This document shows, one piece after another, positions 1 through 8,417 of a DNA stretch of 32,000 bases. How positions within the stretch are numbered: the stretch's first letter is position 1; every line of letters starts with the position of its first letter. The notes under the pieces are model-generated. The model worked only from the letters and a program-made list of their open reading frames with translations, ran no database searches and was not told where the DNA came from. Source of the DNA: Candidatus Heimdallarchaeota archaeon (GTDB lineage Archaea; Asgardarchaeota; Heimdallarchaeia; Heimdallarchaeales; Heimdallarchaeaceae); NCBI GenBank assembly GCA_030668875.1, contig DAOVER010000015.1, positions 34,960 through 66,959 of the forward strand. The letters are read 5' to 3'. The translations under genes were made by a program, and so were the position numbers.

Positions 1-30
1 CATAATAATCCAAATACAGAATGTGATAAC

Positions 31-504
31 TTGAATAAGGGAAATGTTGAACAAGTTGGAAAACTTGTTGATGTAGATCCATCTGATATCAAACGAAAGA
101 ACAGGCGGAAGGTTACTGGGTATGTGATTCATTACTTTGTTCAAGTTTTTGTCTTTCTATTATCGTCATTATTTGGTTATTTATTCATTCTGTGGGAAAA
201 CGCAGATCAATCAAGTTATCCATATGGAACGTTCCCAAGACACCTCTATTTAGGTCCAATAAGTCTATATGGTCTATTTCAAGGTAATGCCATATTTACC
301 TATTTCCACAGAAAAAAACATAAGTTTCGCAACATTGAAGTATTTCCAGTAGTATTTGTAAATCTTATAGTCTCTCTCATAAGTTTCTTCATGATTTTTA
401 ACGCAATATACCAAGGCCCAGCTCCTACTTTAGGTGTTGCCGTTGCTTATGGTATTTATGAAAAGGAAAATCCAAGAAGTTTTAAAAAAGTAATGAAAAT
501 ATGA
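31..504 (+). CDS. 3-TM membrane protein, tandem paralog 1; putative radical SAM (splicease) substrate
   Basis: Shares with paralogs 2-5 the N-terminal VGxL motif, three hydrophobic helices, the YPY loop and a C-terminal AYGIY. TTG start; the frame is open back to base 1, so the start is not certain. Confidence 0.8.
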   Translation: MNKGNVEQVGKLVDVDPSDIKRKNRRKVTGYVIHYFVQVFVFLLSSLFGYLFILWENADQSSYPYGTFPRHLYLGPISLYGLFQGNAIFTYFHRKKHKFRNIEVFPVVFVNLIVSLISFFMIFNAIYQGPAPTLGVAVAYGIYEKENPRSFKKVMKI

Positions 505-518
505 AGGAGTTTACACTA

Positions 519-1013
519 ATGAACAAAGAAAAATTATCTAAGGTAGGAGCTTTAACCGAGTTAAAATCTGAGGATATAACTCCGAAAAAGATTAGAAAGA
601 ATTTAACTTTAGCTTATTATTATATTATACAGTTTGTATTCTTCATATTTTCAAGCCTTGTTGGAGTTGTTTTTGGTTTGTATGGCAACTCTCTTTCTTT
701 CTATCCCTATAATGCTTTTCCTCAAAGATATCTCTATGGATCAATAATATTAGCAATAACCCATGGAGGTAATTTTGGTCTATCTTACCAATTAAGTAGA
801 AAAAAAAGGTTGATGTTGAGCAAAAGTGAACCTAAGGTGTTATCTCCTGTCTATATATATCCGGCAATTGTTCTAAATTTTCTCCTATCAACAATAAGTC
901 TTTTCTCAATACATAACTTAGTAACCAACGGAAGTCCATTAACTATGAATACTCTTTATGGTGTATTTTCTAAAGGAAAATCTAATAGAATTAGGAAAAT
1001 CATGAAAAAATGA
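519..1013 (+). CDS. 3-TM membrane protein, tandem paralog 2; putative splicease substrate
   Basis: ORF track 501..1013. ATG 519 is preferred because AAGGAG lies at 504-509 and MNKEK aligns with the paralogs. Contains HGGNFG, YPY and C-terminal LYGVF. Confidence 0.85.
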   Translation: MNKEKLSKVGALTELKSEDITPKKIRKNLTLAYYYIIQFVFFIFSSLVGVVFGLYGNSLSFYPYNAFPQRYLYGSIILAITHGGNFGLSYQLSRKKRLMLSKSEPKVLSPVYIYPAIVLNFLLSTISLFSIHNLVTNGSPLTMNTLYGVFSKGKSNRIRKIMKK

Positions 1014-1027
1014 AAGAGGTTATAAAA

Positions 1028-1525
1028 ATGAATGAAAAGAAATTGAATGAAGTAGGGAAATTAACTGAAGTTGATTCTAAAGATATAACTCAAAACAAAT
1101 TCAAGAAGAAAATCACTTTAATGTATTTCTATTTTATTCAGCTTGGTTATTTAGCGATCTCAAGTTTAGTTGGATACTTATTTGGTTTGTATAAGAATGC
1201 GAATAACAGTTATCCATACAATGGATTTGATCAGAGTTACATTTTCGGACCACTTCTCGTAGCTATTATTCACGGAGGCAATCTTGGGATGTATTATGGA
1301 TTGAATAAAAGTAATAGATTAATTCTGAAAGACGGTACAAATGCTAAACCATTACCTTTCCATATCTATCCTGTTGTTTTTCTGAATATACTTCTATCTA
1401 TATTCTCCTTCTTCTTCATCTATAATGATATGATTAGTGGATATGTTTTCACAGCTACAACTGATTATGGTGTATATATTAGAAAGAAAGTTCAATTTCA
1501 TAATAAGCGAGCCAAAAATAATTGA
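1028..1525 (+). CDS. 3-TM membrane protein, tandem paralog 3; putative splicease substrate
   Basis: ORF track 1010..1525. ATG 1028 follows GAGGT (1016-1020). Contains HGGNLG, YPY, MYYGL and C-terminal DYGVY. Confidence 0.85.
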   Translation: MNEKKLNEVGKLTEVDSKDITQNKFKKKITLMYFYFIQLGYLAISSLVGYLFGLYKNANNSYPYNGFDQSYIFGPLLVAIIHGGNLGMYYGLNKSNRLILKDGTNAKPLPFHIYPVVFLNILLSIFSFFFIYNDMISGYVFTATTDYGVYIRKKVQFHNKRAKNN

Positions 1526-1559
1526 TGATAGACCAAAATAGATGTAAATATTGGAGGAG

Positions 1560-2075
1560 ATGAAGATAAACGAAAAAAAACTAGAAGAAGTTGGAGCATT
1601 AACAGAGGTAGGTTCTGCGGATATAACTAAGAATAAGATTAGAGCAAAAATCACCTTAGTTTATTATTATCTTATACAACTTGGATTTTTAGTTGTCTCA
1701 GGATTTATTGGATATCTATTTGGTATGAACAAGAATACTAGTTCTGCTTATCCGTATAGTGGATTCGATCAAAGTTACATTTTTGGGTCCATTTTTATAG
1801 TAATTGCCCATGGAGGAAATTTCGGTTTATCTTATGGATTGAGCAAGAAAGACAAATTAATTTTAAAGAAAGGGGCAAATATTAAACTATCTCCTTTCTA
1901 TATCTATCCTGCAGTTTCCTTAAATTTTGTTTTATCAATACTAAGCTTCTTAGCTATCTATAATCTGGTGTTTAGTGGGGATGTTTTCACAACTACAACA
2001 CGTTATGGAGTATATGAACAAAAGATATGCAAAATCTCGAAATGTAAATATAATACTAATAATAAAATGAGTTGA
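1560..2075 (+). CDS. 3-TM membrane protein, tandem paralog 4; putative splicease substrate
   Basis: ORF track 1551..2075 (TTG). ATG 1560 follows GGAGG. Contains HGGNFG, YPY, LSYGL and C-terminal RYGVY. Confidence 0.85.
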   Translation: MKINEKKLEEVGALTEVGSADITKNKIRAKITLVYYYLIQLGFLVVSGFIGYLFGMNKNTSSAYPYSGFDQSYIFGSIFIVIAHGGNFGLSYGLSKKDKLILKKGANIKLSPFYIYPAVSLNFVLSILSFLAIYNLVFSGDVFTTTTRYGVYEQKICKISKCKYNTNNKMS

Positions 2076-2080
2076 AATTT

Positions 2081-2584
2081 ATGAACGAAAAAAAGCTCGA
2101 AGAAATTGGGAAACTCACAGAAACGGATCCAAATGATTTAGCAATGAATAAAATCAAGAGAAAAATTTCTTTGATGTTTTATTATATTATACAATTTGTA
2201 TTTTTAATAACTTCAGGACTGATTGGGTTTATATTTGGTATTTATGAAAATGAGATAAATACTTATCCTTATGTTGGTTTTGATAAAAATTACATTATCG
2301 GACCTATTCTTGTAGTAGTAGTTCAAGGAGGGAATTTTGGCATGTCATATGGACTGAGAAAATCAAACAAATTAATATTAAAAAAGGGAACAGAGACTAA
2401 ACTTTCTCCTTTCTATATCTACCCTGTTGTTTTTCTAAATCTGATTTTATCGTTATTGCTGTTTTTATCTATCTATCAGATGTTTGTACCTAGATTTTCT
2501 CAAACGACATTCCCAATGTATGGCGTATTTATAAGAAAGGAATTAAAAAGTAAAAATGTATTAAGTAGGATTAATTATGTATAG
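2081..2584 (+). CDS. 3-TM membrane protein, tandem paralog 5; putative splicease substrate
   Basis: ORF track 2072..2584. ATG 2081 gives MNEKK like the paralogs. Contains QGGNFG, YPY, MSYGL and C-terminal PMYGVF. Overlaps the start of the radical SAM gene. Confidence 0.85.
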   Translation: MNEKKLEEIGKLTETDPNDLAMNKIKRKISLMFYYIIQFVFLITSGLIGFIFGIYENEINTYPYVGFDKNYIIGPILVVVVQGGNFGMSYGLRKSNKLILKKGTETKLSPFYIYPVVFLNLILSLLLFLSIYQMFVPRFSQTTFPMYGVFIRKELKSKNVLSRINYV

Positions 2585-3641
2585 ACTAGATTGTGCGATT
2601 TGGGAACTCACGTTAGCTTGTAATATGAATTGTAAACATTGTGGGTCAAGTGCTGGAAAAGCTAGAAAAGATGAGCTTTCTTTAGATGAGTGTTACGAAT
2701 TATGTAAAGAATTTGCAGATGAAGGATGTAACTTAGTTACATTGATGGGTGGGGAACCATTTGTTAGAAAAGATTGGAACCAAATTTCTTGGTGTATCAA
2801 AGATCTTGGAATGGACCTAGGGTATGTGACAAATGCACTACTAGTTCCTAATATCATTGAAGACTTAATTTTACTTGAACCACTGGTTGTCGGTATCTCT
2901 TTGGATGGCGTGAAAGAAACTCACGATAGTATCAGAATAGAAGGGTCATTTGATGCTGTAATTAAGGCATTAGATCTTCTCGAAGAAGCTGGTATTCAAA
3001 TAACTATAATTACTACTCTAAGCAAAACCAATTTCAAAGAATTACGAAAAATAAAAGAAATCATCCAAAATAGAAAAATAAATTGGCAGTTACAAATAGG
3101 TTTACCCTTTGGTAACTTTGATCCTGCGCTTACTTTGAGTTTAGAAGAGTTTTACGCTTCTGCAATGTTTATCACTGCTGAAGGAATTAAGAACAAATTC
3201 AGAGAAATGCCTGTAGTTGGAGCACATTGTTATGGGTATTATTCCCATCTTCTTCCAAACAACAAAAATTGGAAGGGATGCACAGCGGGTATAAATACGG
3301 TAGGAATAACTTCCGATGGTTCAATTGTAGGGTGTTTATCAATGGGCAACAATAAATTTATTGAGGGTAATGTCAGAGATCGTAGCTTCTCTGATATCTG
3401 GAATGATCCTAATTCCTTTGCATACAATCGGCAATTTACTAGAGATAACTTAGGTGAGAATTGTGTTAATTGCTTCTATGGTGAAACCTGCAAAGGTGGA
3501 TGTAATTCTTCTTCTCTTCATCTTACTCACACTTTTCATAACAATCCTTACTGTTTCAAGCAAATTGAAGAAAACCTCTTTGAGGTTAAGCCATACCGTA
3601 AGGAGATTAAGTGGTTAAAAGAAAAAGGAGTTAAGATCTGA
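2577..3641 (+). CDS. Radical SAM/SPASM peptide/protein maturase, PlpX-like (splicease family)
   Basis: WELTLACNMNCKHCGSSAG (CxxxCxxC), GGEP, ISLDG, WQLQ, GYY; SPASM C-x17-C...CxxC-x5-C-x3-C-x16-C ending in NNPYC. The radical SAM/SPASM call is certain. The splicease subfamily call rests on recalled PlpX motifs. Confidence 0.85.
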   Translation: MYRLDCAIWELTLACNMNCKHCGSSAGKARKDELSLDECYELCKEFADEGCNLVTLMGGEPFVRKDWNQISWCIKDLGMDLGYVTNALLVPNIIEDLILLEPLVVGISLDGVKETHDSIRIEGSFDAVIKALDLLEEAGIQITIITTLSKTNFKELRKIKEIIQNRKINWQLQIGLPFGNFDPALTLSLEEFYASAMFITAEGIKNKFREMPVVGAHCYGYYSHLLPNNKNWKGCTAGINTVGITSDGSIVGCLSMGNNKFIEGNVRDRSFSDIWNDPNSFAYNRQFTRDNLGENCVNCFYGETCKGGCNSSSLHLTHTFHNNPYCFKQIEENLFEVKPYRKEIKWLKEKGVKI

Positions 3642-4924
3642 TGATAAAACTAAATTTAGGCTGTGGTGTATTCTATAAACCTGGATATGTCAATATTGAT
3701 TTATCAGAAAAGGATGTAGCTGATGAGGTACAGAATGTTGCTGAACTTAAGTATGAATCTAATACTGTAGATGTCATAGAAGCATCCCATATTATCGAAC
3801 ACTTCGATATTATTCATCTTCCATACGTTCTTGCAGAATGGTTTAGAGTACTAAAACCAGATGGGGTTTTATACATCGAAACTCCAAATTTATTGAAATC
3901 AATAATTACTTTGAAGCCTAAAAACTATGAGTCAAAGAAACTCACATATCAATTTCTATTCGGTATTGATTATGAAGGAAATTCCCACAAAATGGGTTTC
4001 ACTTCTAAATTTTTAAAGAAATATCTTCTCTCTACTGGTTTTACAAAGATATCCAAACAAAAGCAAAGAAGCTTCAATTCAGAGAAGAGTATAAGGTACT
4101 GTTGCAGGAAACCTACTGATACTCCATTGACGAACAAAAAATTCTTTCTAAATCATTTAAGAACACTTATTAAAAATCAATTCGGTTTATCAGATACTCT
4201 CTTCTTAGATCATTGTGAGTCAAATTGTATGAGTTTTTTCAGAAACTTGAAACTAAAAAATGACATGGATAATTTGAACGATGAATTATGCTTAGAACTA
4301 ATAGCTTCCCTAACACTTTTTAGTCCCAAAGTAGCTAAAATCTTCATTAAGCTTTTCTCAGACAACTTGCCTGCTAACATTAATCTTGATATAATAGATT
4401 ATTTAGATTCAATAGATTTCTCATCTAGAATGTATGAGAGTTGGAAGAGTTGGATAAAAAATAAAGATGGAACTATGTACGCTGCATTTTATTTCTACAA
4501 TCACTGGACTTCAAAAATAAAGAAAAATTTGTTAGCAGAAACTAAAATTGATGTTATGTATGATTACATTGAATCATTAGATAAAAGTGATTACAATTAC
4601 TTCTGTTTTGAGCAAGTAAATATCTTATCTCTCAGGACATCTAATCAAGGTTTACGATACTTCTCCAACAAAAATTTTGAGAAAGCAAAGGAGTTATTTC
4701 TAGAAGCATTGAAGCTTCAACCCTATGATCCAGTTTCAAACTGGAATCTAGCTAGATTATCTAAAAATTCTGATAACAAAGAAAAGTTGCTCTTCTATTA
4801 CAAACAAGCAATTATGAATGTCTCATCTAGAAAGCACAAAAAGAAAATTAGAAAGGAAGTTAAACTTCTTAAGAACGGTAATAGTAAACTAATATCTTCA
4901 GAACCTATTCAAATTAGATTCTAG
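3641..4924 (+). CDS. Class I SAM-dependent methyltransferase with C-terminal TPR-like repeat
   Basis: KLNLGCG motif I, ASHIIEH, EWFRVLKPDG. TPR-like segment GLRYFSNKNFEKAKELFLEALKLQPYDPVSNWNLA. The start overlaps the rSAM stop (TGATG). Confidence 0.8.
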   Translation: MIKLNLGCGVFYKPGYVNIDLSEKDVADEVQNVAELKYESNTVDVIEASHIIEHFDIIHLPYVLAEWFRVLKPDGVLYIETPNLLKSIITLKPKNYESKKLTYQFLFGIDYEGNSHKMGFTSKFLKKYLLSTGFTKISKQKQRSFNSEKSIRYCCRKPTDTPLTNKKFFLNHLRTLIKNQFGLSDTLFLDHCESNCMSFFRNLKLKNDMDNLNDELCLELIASLTLFSPKVAKIFIKLFSDNLPANINLDIIDYLDSIDFSSRMYESWKSWIKNKDGTMYAAFYFYNHWTSKIKKNLLAETKIDVMYDYIESLDKSDYNYFCFEQVNILSLRTSNQGLRYFSNKNFEKAKELFLEALKLQPYDPVSNWNLARLSKNSDNKEKLLFYYKQAIMNVSSRKHKKKIRKEVKLLKNGNSKLISSEPIQIRF

Positions 4925-4996
4925 CTTTGGAGAAATGGAAGGTAACTAGTTTCAACTATCTCTAAATTAGATAGGAGATATATCAAATCAAATAAA

Positions 4997-5004
4997 CTTA
5001 TAAA
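4997..5004 (+). promoter_or_regulatory. Putative archaeal TATA box of the GRE operon
   Basis: CTTATAAA about 38 nt upstream of GTG 5042, in a 117-bp intergenic gap. A CTATCT-N7-AGATAG inverted repeat lies just upstream. Confidence 0.4.
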
Positions 5005-5041
5005 TCTTCTAAACAAAATCTCTCGAAAAGAGGGCATTTTA

Positions 5042-7441
5042 GTGACAAAAGCTATTAAGGACACAGATAACATCTGGCAACCATCTGAAAATCTTAGTCC
5101 GAGAATAAAAAGATTAAGAGATGAATATTTCTCCTTTTACGAACGTTATGATTATTATACGAATGAAGTTCGCCCTTACACAACAGGTACTTCTTGGGAT
5201 GATGTTTATAGTTATACTAACTGGGGAGCAGCTCCTGAGGGGCTTGACTTTTTTCCAGGTTATAAAGACAATCTACGCTCTTTAGCTGAAAAGGTTGAAT
5301 TTCCTAATGAGTTCTATAAATTATCTATTGCTGAAAGAAGAGCTCATTTCTTAAACAAAGTTGTTGAGAAAAATCTCCCTGCTATTATCCTTAAAGGTGA
5401 ATTAATTATAGGAAGCCATTTCAGTACAGCTTTAAGTAGAACTCTTACAAAATCTGAAACAAAGAAGTGGTCAAAAGATCAGAATAAATACTTCAAGGAG
5501 TTAGTTTTTAGATGTGAAACTGGGGAATTTAACTATGGTGCCATTCCTGGTCATCTAATTCCAAACTATGAAAAAGCTATAAAGATTGGTTTCTCTGGTA
5601 TTCAAAAAGAGTTGAAGGAATTAAGAAAATCTCCAAAGAACAAAGAACATTCTCAATGGCTTGATGCACTCATTGAGTCTTGTGAGGTCCCTAAACTGCT
5701 TGCTGAACGATATTCTAAGGAAGCAGAGAAACTAGCTAAACTGGAAAAGGACCCTAGTAGAAAATCTGAGCTTCTCTATCTCTCTCAAATTTGTAAAAAA
5801 GTTCCTTGGGAGCCTGCTGAATCTTTCTGGGAAGCTGTACAATCTCTTTGGTTTACTCATATTTTAGTTATGGCAGCTGAAAGCTATCCTGGACCAGGAA
5901 CAAGTCCTGGACGAATTGATCAGTATCTCTACCCTTACTTTAAACAAGATATTGACAACGGAAAAATAGATTATGATTTTGCAAAGGAGATCTTAAGTTG
6001 TTATTGGATTAAACACAATTATGCTTATGATTTTCAAGGACAAGTTGGAAATTCTCAAGGAATAAATTCTAGTTTTGGTCAATTAATTACTCTTGGTGGA
6101 ATAGATGAAAATCATGAGGATGCATCAAATGAATTAACACTTTTAATGTTGGATATAATCGATGAAATTAATCTTCTTGAACCCAAGCCTAATGTAAGAA
6201 TTCATGCGAAGACATCAGATAAAGTCGTGAAGAAAGTTGCTGAAATGATTGTTAAATCTCAAGGAAGTCCATTCCTGATGAATTTTGACGAAACAGCTAT
6301 GAAAGGACTGATTTGGCAAGGTATACCTGAGGACGAAGTTTGGAATTATGGTCCCGTTGGTTGTCTAGAAAATACTATGATTGGTAATGATGTTTCCGGA
6401 ACCGTTGATGTTAATGTTAACATTGCTAAGGCAGTTGAACTAACATTGTTCAATGGTAAAGATCTCCAAACAAAAAAGCAAGTAGGACCAAAAACAGGAA
6501 ATCCAAAGAAATTCAAAACATTTGATCATTTTAAAGATGCATACATTAAGCAACTCACTGCCTTGCTAGATAGAGCTATTGACGCAAATAATCATGCTGA
6601 TATGATAAGAGCAGTTTACGAGCCTGTTCCGTATGTTTCTCTATTAATCGATGGATGTGCAGAATCTGGCAAAGATTGTAGAGCTGGAGGAGCTAAATAT
6701 AATTTCATAACGGTCGAAGCTTTAGGTTTAGCAAATGTCGCTGATTCTCTAGCTGCTGTTAAAAAACTTGTTTATGAAGAAAAAAGAATAACAATGGATC
6801 ATCTTCTAAAAGCTCTTAAGAAAAATTATGAAGGATATGAAGAAACTAGACAACTACTGCTAAATCATGCTCCTAAGTATGGTAATGATGATGATTATGT
6901 AGATAGTATCGCACGAGAGATTTCTCAATATTGGGGGATCTATGTTTCAACAAAAACTTCCCCTATTACTAACAGACAGTATCGTGGTGGTTATCTTTCT
7001 TGGAATTATTTCATTTCTTTTGCACCCAAAACTGGAGCTCTTCCAGATGGTCGTCCAAGAGGAGCTTACTTATCGGGTGGTGTTGGACCAACTCAAGGTG
7101 TTGATACCAGTGGTCCAACAGCTTCTATAATGAGTGTTGGTAAACTTGGCGTGGAAGTACAACCTAATGGATCATCTCATACAATGTCATTTAGCCCAGC
7201 AAGTCTTCGAGATGAGGAACATGTAGAAAAACTCATTGCACTTCTTAGGGCCTATGGGCATGTTGGGGGAACTGCGTTACAAACAAATGTTGTCAGTATT
7301 GATACACTCAAGAATGCTCAAACTGATCCAGAGAAATATAGAAACCTCTTAGTACGAGTTACAGGATATAATGCGTATTTCACAACCTTAGGAAAAGAAC
7401 AACAAGATGAGATAATTGCAAGAGAATCTCATAAAGTCTAA
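5042..7441 (+). CDS. Glycyl radical enzyme (PFL2/dehydratase-like superfamily), substrate unknown
   Basis: 799 aa; SPGRIDQYLYPY; single-Cys loop VGCLEN; C-terminal glycyl motif LLVRVTGYNAYF. Confidence 0.92.
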   Translation: MTKAIKDTDNIWQPSENLSPRIKRLRDEYFSFYERYDYYTNEVRPYTTGTSWDDVYSYTNWGAAPEGLDFFPGYKDNLRSLAEKVEFPNEFYKLSIAERRAHFLNKVVEKNLPAIILKGELIIGSHFSTALSRTLTKSETKKWSKDQNKYFKELVFRCETGEFNYGAIPGHLIPNYEKAIKIGFSGIQKELKELRKSPKNKEHSQWLDALIESCEVPKLLAERYSKEAEKLAKLEKDPSRKSELLYLSQICKKVPWEPAESFWEAVQSLWFTHILVMAAESYPGPGTSPGRIDQYLYPYFKQDIDNGKIDYDFAKEILSCYWIKHNYAYDFQGQVGNSQGINSSFGQLITLGGIDENHEDASNELTLLMLDIIDEINLLEPKPNVRIHAKTSDKVVKKVAEMIVKSQGSPFLMNFDETAMKGLIWQGIPEDEVWNYGPVGCLENTMIGNDVSGTVDVNVNIAKAVELTLFNGKDLQTKKQVGPKTGNPKKFKTFDHFKDAYIKQLTALLDRAIDANNHADMIRAVYEPVPYVSLLIDGCAESGKDCRAGGAKYNFITVEALGLANVADSLAAVKKLVYEEKRITMDHLLKALKKNYEGYEETRQLLLNHAPKYGNDDDYVDSIAREISQYWGIYVSTKTSPITNRQYRGGYLSWNYFISFAPKTGALPDGRPRGAYLSGGVGPTQGVDTSGPTASIMSVGKLGVEVQPNGSSHTMSFSPASLRDEEHVEKLIALLRAYGHVGGTALQTNVVSIDTLKNAQTDPEKYRNLLVRVTGYNAYFTTLGKEQQDEIIARESHKV

Positions 7442-7455
7442 AGAGCAAATCTCTA

Positions 7456-8409
7456 ATGTCAGTAAACCAAAACCTTTCAGGTAGAGTATTAAACATCCAA
7501 CGATTCTCAACAGAAGATGGACCTGGTATCAGAACAACCATTTTTCTTCAAGGTTGTGCGTTACGATGTAAATGGTGTCAGAATCCTGAAAGTTGGTATT
7601 TAAAACCTCAATTAGTATGGTACGATGATAGATGTATAGCAGCTAAAGATTGCTTATTAGCATGTCCGGAGGATGCACTAGACCTTACAGCTGAAGGAAT
7701 GGTTATTGATAGAGAAAAATGTACGGGTTGTGGGAAATGTGTAGTAGCATGTCCAACAAAATCATATGAAATTATGGGGAAAGAAATGTCTGCAACAGCA
7801 GTCATTAAACAAGCTTTACGTGACAAAACATTCTATGAACAATCTGAAGGTGGAGTGACAATTTCAGGAGGGGATCCTCTCTTTCAGCAGAAATTTAGTC
7901 TGGAAATACTTAACTCCCTAAAACAAGAAGGAATTCACACTGCAATTGATACAACAGGTTTTTCTAAACCAGAAGAATTTCAGCAATTGGTGGATCTTTC
8001 TGATTTAATACTTCTAGACTTCAAACAGATGAACCCTAATTTACACAAAGAATTTACAGATGTAGATTTAGATAAAATTCTTACAAACGCTAAATGGTTG
8101 GGTGTACAAAAAAAGAAAGTTTGGATAAGAACTCCAATTATTCCCGAGTATACAGATCAAGAAGAGAATATAATTGAAATTGCTAAATTCATAAAAGAGA
8201 ATATGAGTGATGTTGTTGAAAGATGGGATCTACTAACTTACAATAATCTATGTGTTTCAAAATGGAAAAGATTAGATATTTGTTATGAATTAGAACATTT
8301 ACCTTTAGTAACAACATCAAAAATCCAGAAACTTGCAGACTTAGCAAAAGAGTCTGGTGTGCCTGTCACTTGGACAGGAGTCTTACAAAAAAATGAAAAT
8401 GATGGATAA
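7456..8409 (+). CDS. Glycyl radical activating enzyme with ferredoxin-like insertion
   Basis: RFSTEDGPGIRTTIFLQGCALRCKWCQNPE; insert CIAAKDCLLAC and CTGCGKCVVAC; GGVTISGGDP. Confidence 0.92.
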   Translation: MSVNQNLSGRVLNIQRFSTEDGPGIRTTIFLQGCALRCKWCQNPESWYLKPQLVWYDDRCIAAKDCLLACPEDALDLTAEGMVIDREKCTGCGKCVVACPTKSYEIMGKEMSATAVIKQALRDKTFYEQSEGGVTISGGDPLFQQKFSLEILNSLKQEGIHTAIDTTGFSKPEEFQQLVDLSDLILLDFKQMNPNLHKEFTDVDLDKILTNAKWLGVQKKKVWIRTPIIPEYTDQEENIIEIAKFIKENMSDVVERWDLLTYNNLCVSKWKRLDICYELEHLPLVTTSKIQKLADLAKESGVPVTWTGVLQKNENDG

Positions 8410-8417
8410 GAGTAAAA

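Noticed and set aside
1394-1654. Antisense 86-aa ORF across paralogs 3 and 4, and the other short antisense or overlapping ORFs in the track (3239, 6942, 7608, 8648, 12079, 12729, 13018, 13956, 14664, 15212, 17505, 21528, 22667, 23092, 24447, 27036, 30878, 31012)
   Set aside because: They are shadows of longer, motif-bearing genes, with no ribosome-binding site or domain support.
31-2584. CRISPR array or DNA tandem repeat
   Set aside because: The periodicity of about 510 bp comes from diverged protein-coding paralogs. There are no identical short repeats with spacers.
2577-3641. Annotation as PqqE, NirJ/Ahb or MftC cofactor-biosynthesis enzyme
   Set aside because: No pqq, heme or mycofactocin genes are nearby. 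The motifs and the YG-bearing neighbours fit the splicease family better.
5042-7441. Annotation as pyruvate formate-lyase (pflB) or choline TMA-lyase (cutC)
   Set aside because: The PFL Cys-Cys pair is absent. I cannot verify CutC substrate residues and there is no cut or microcompartment context.
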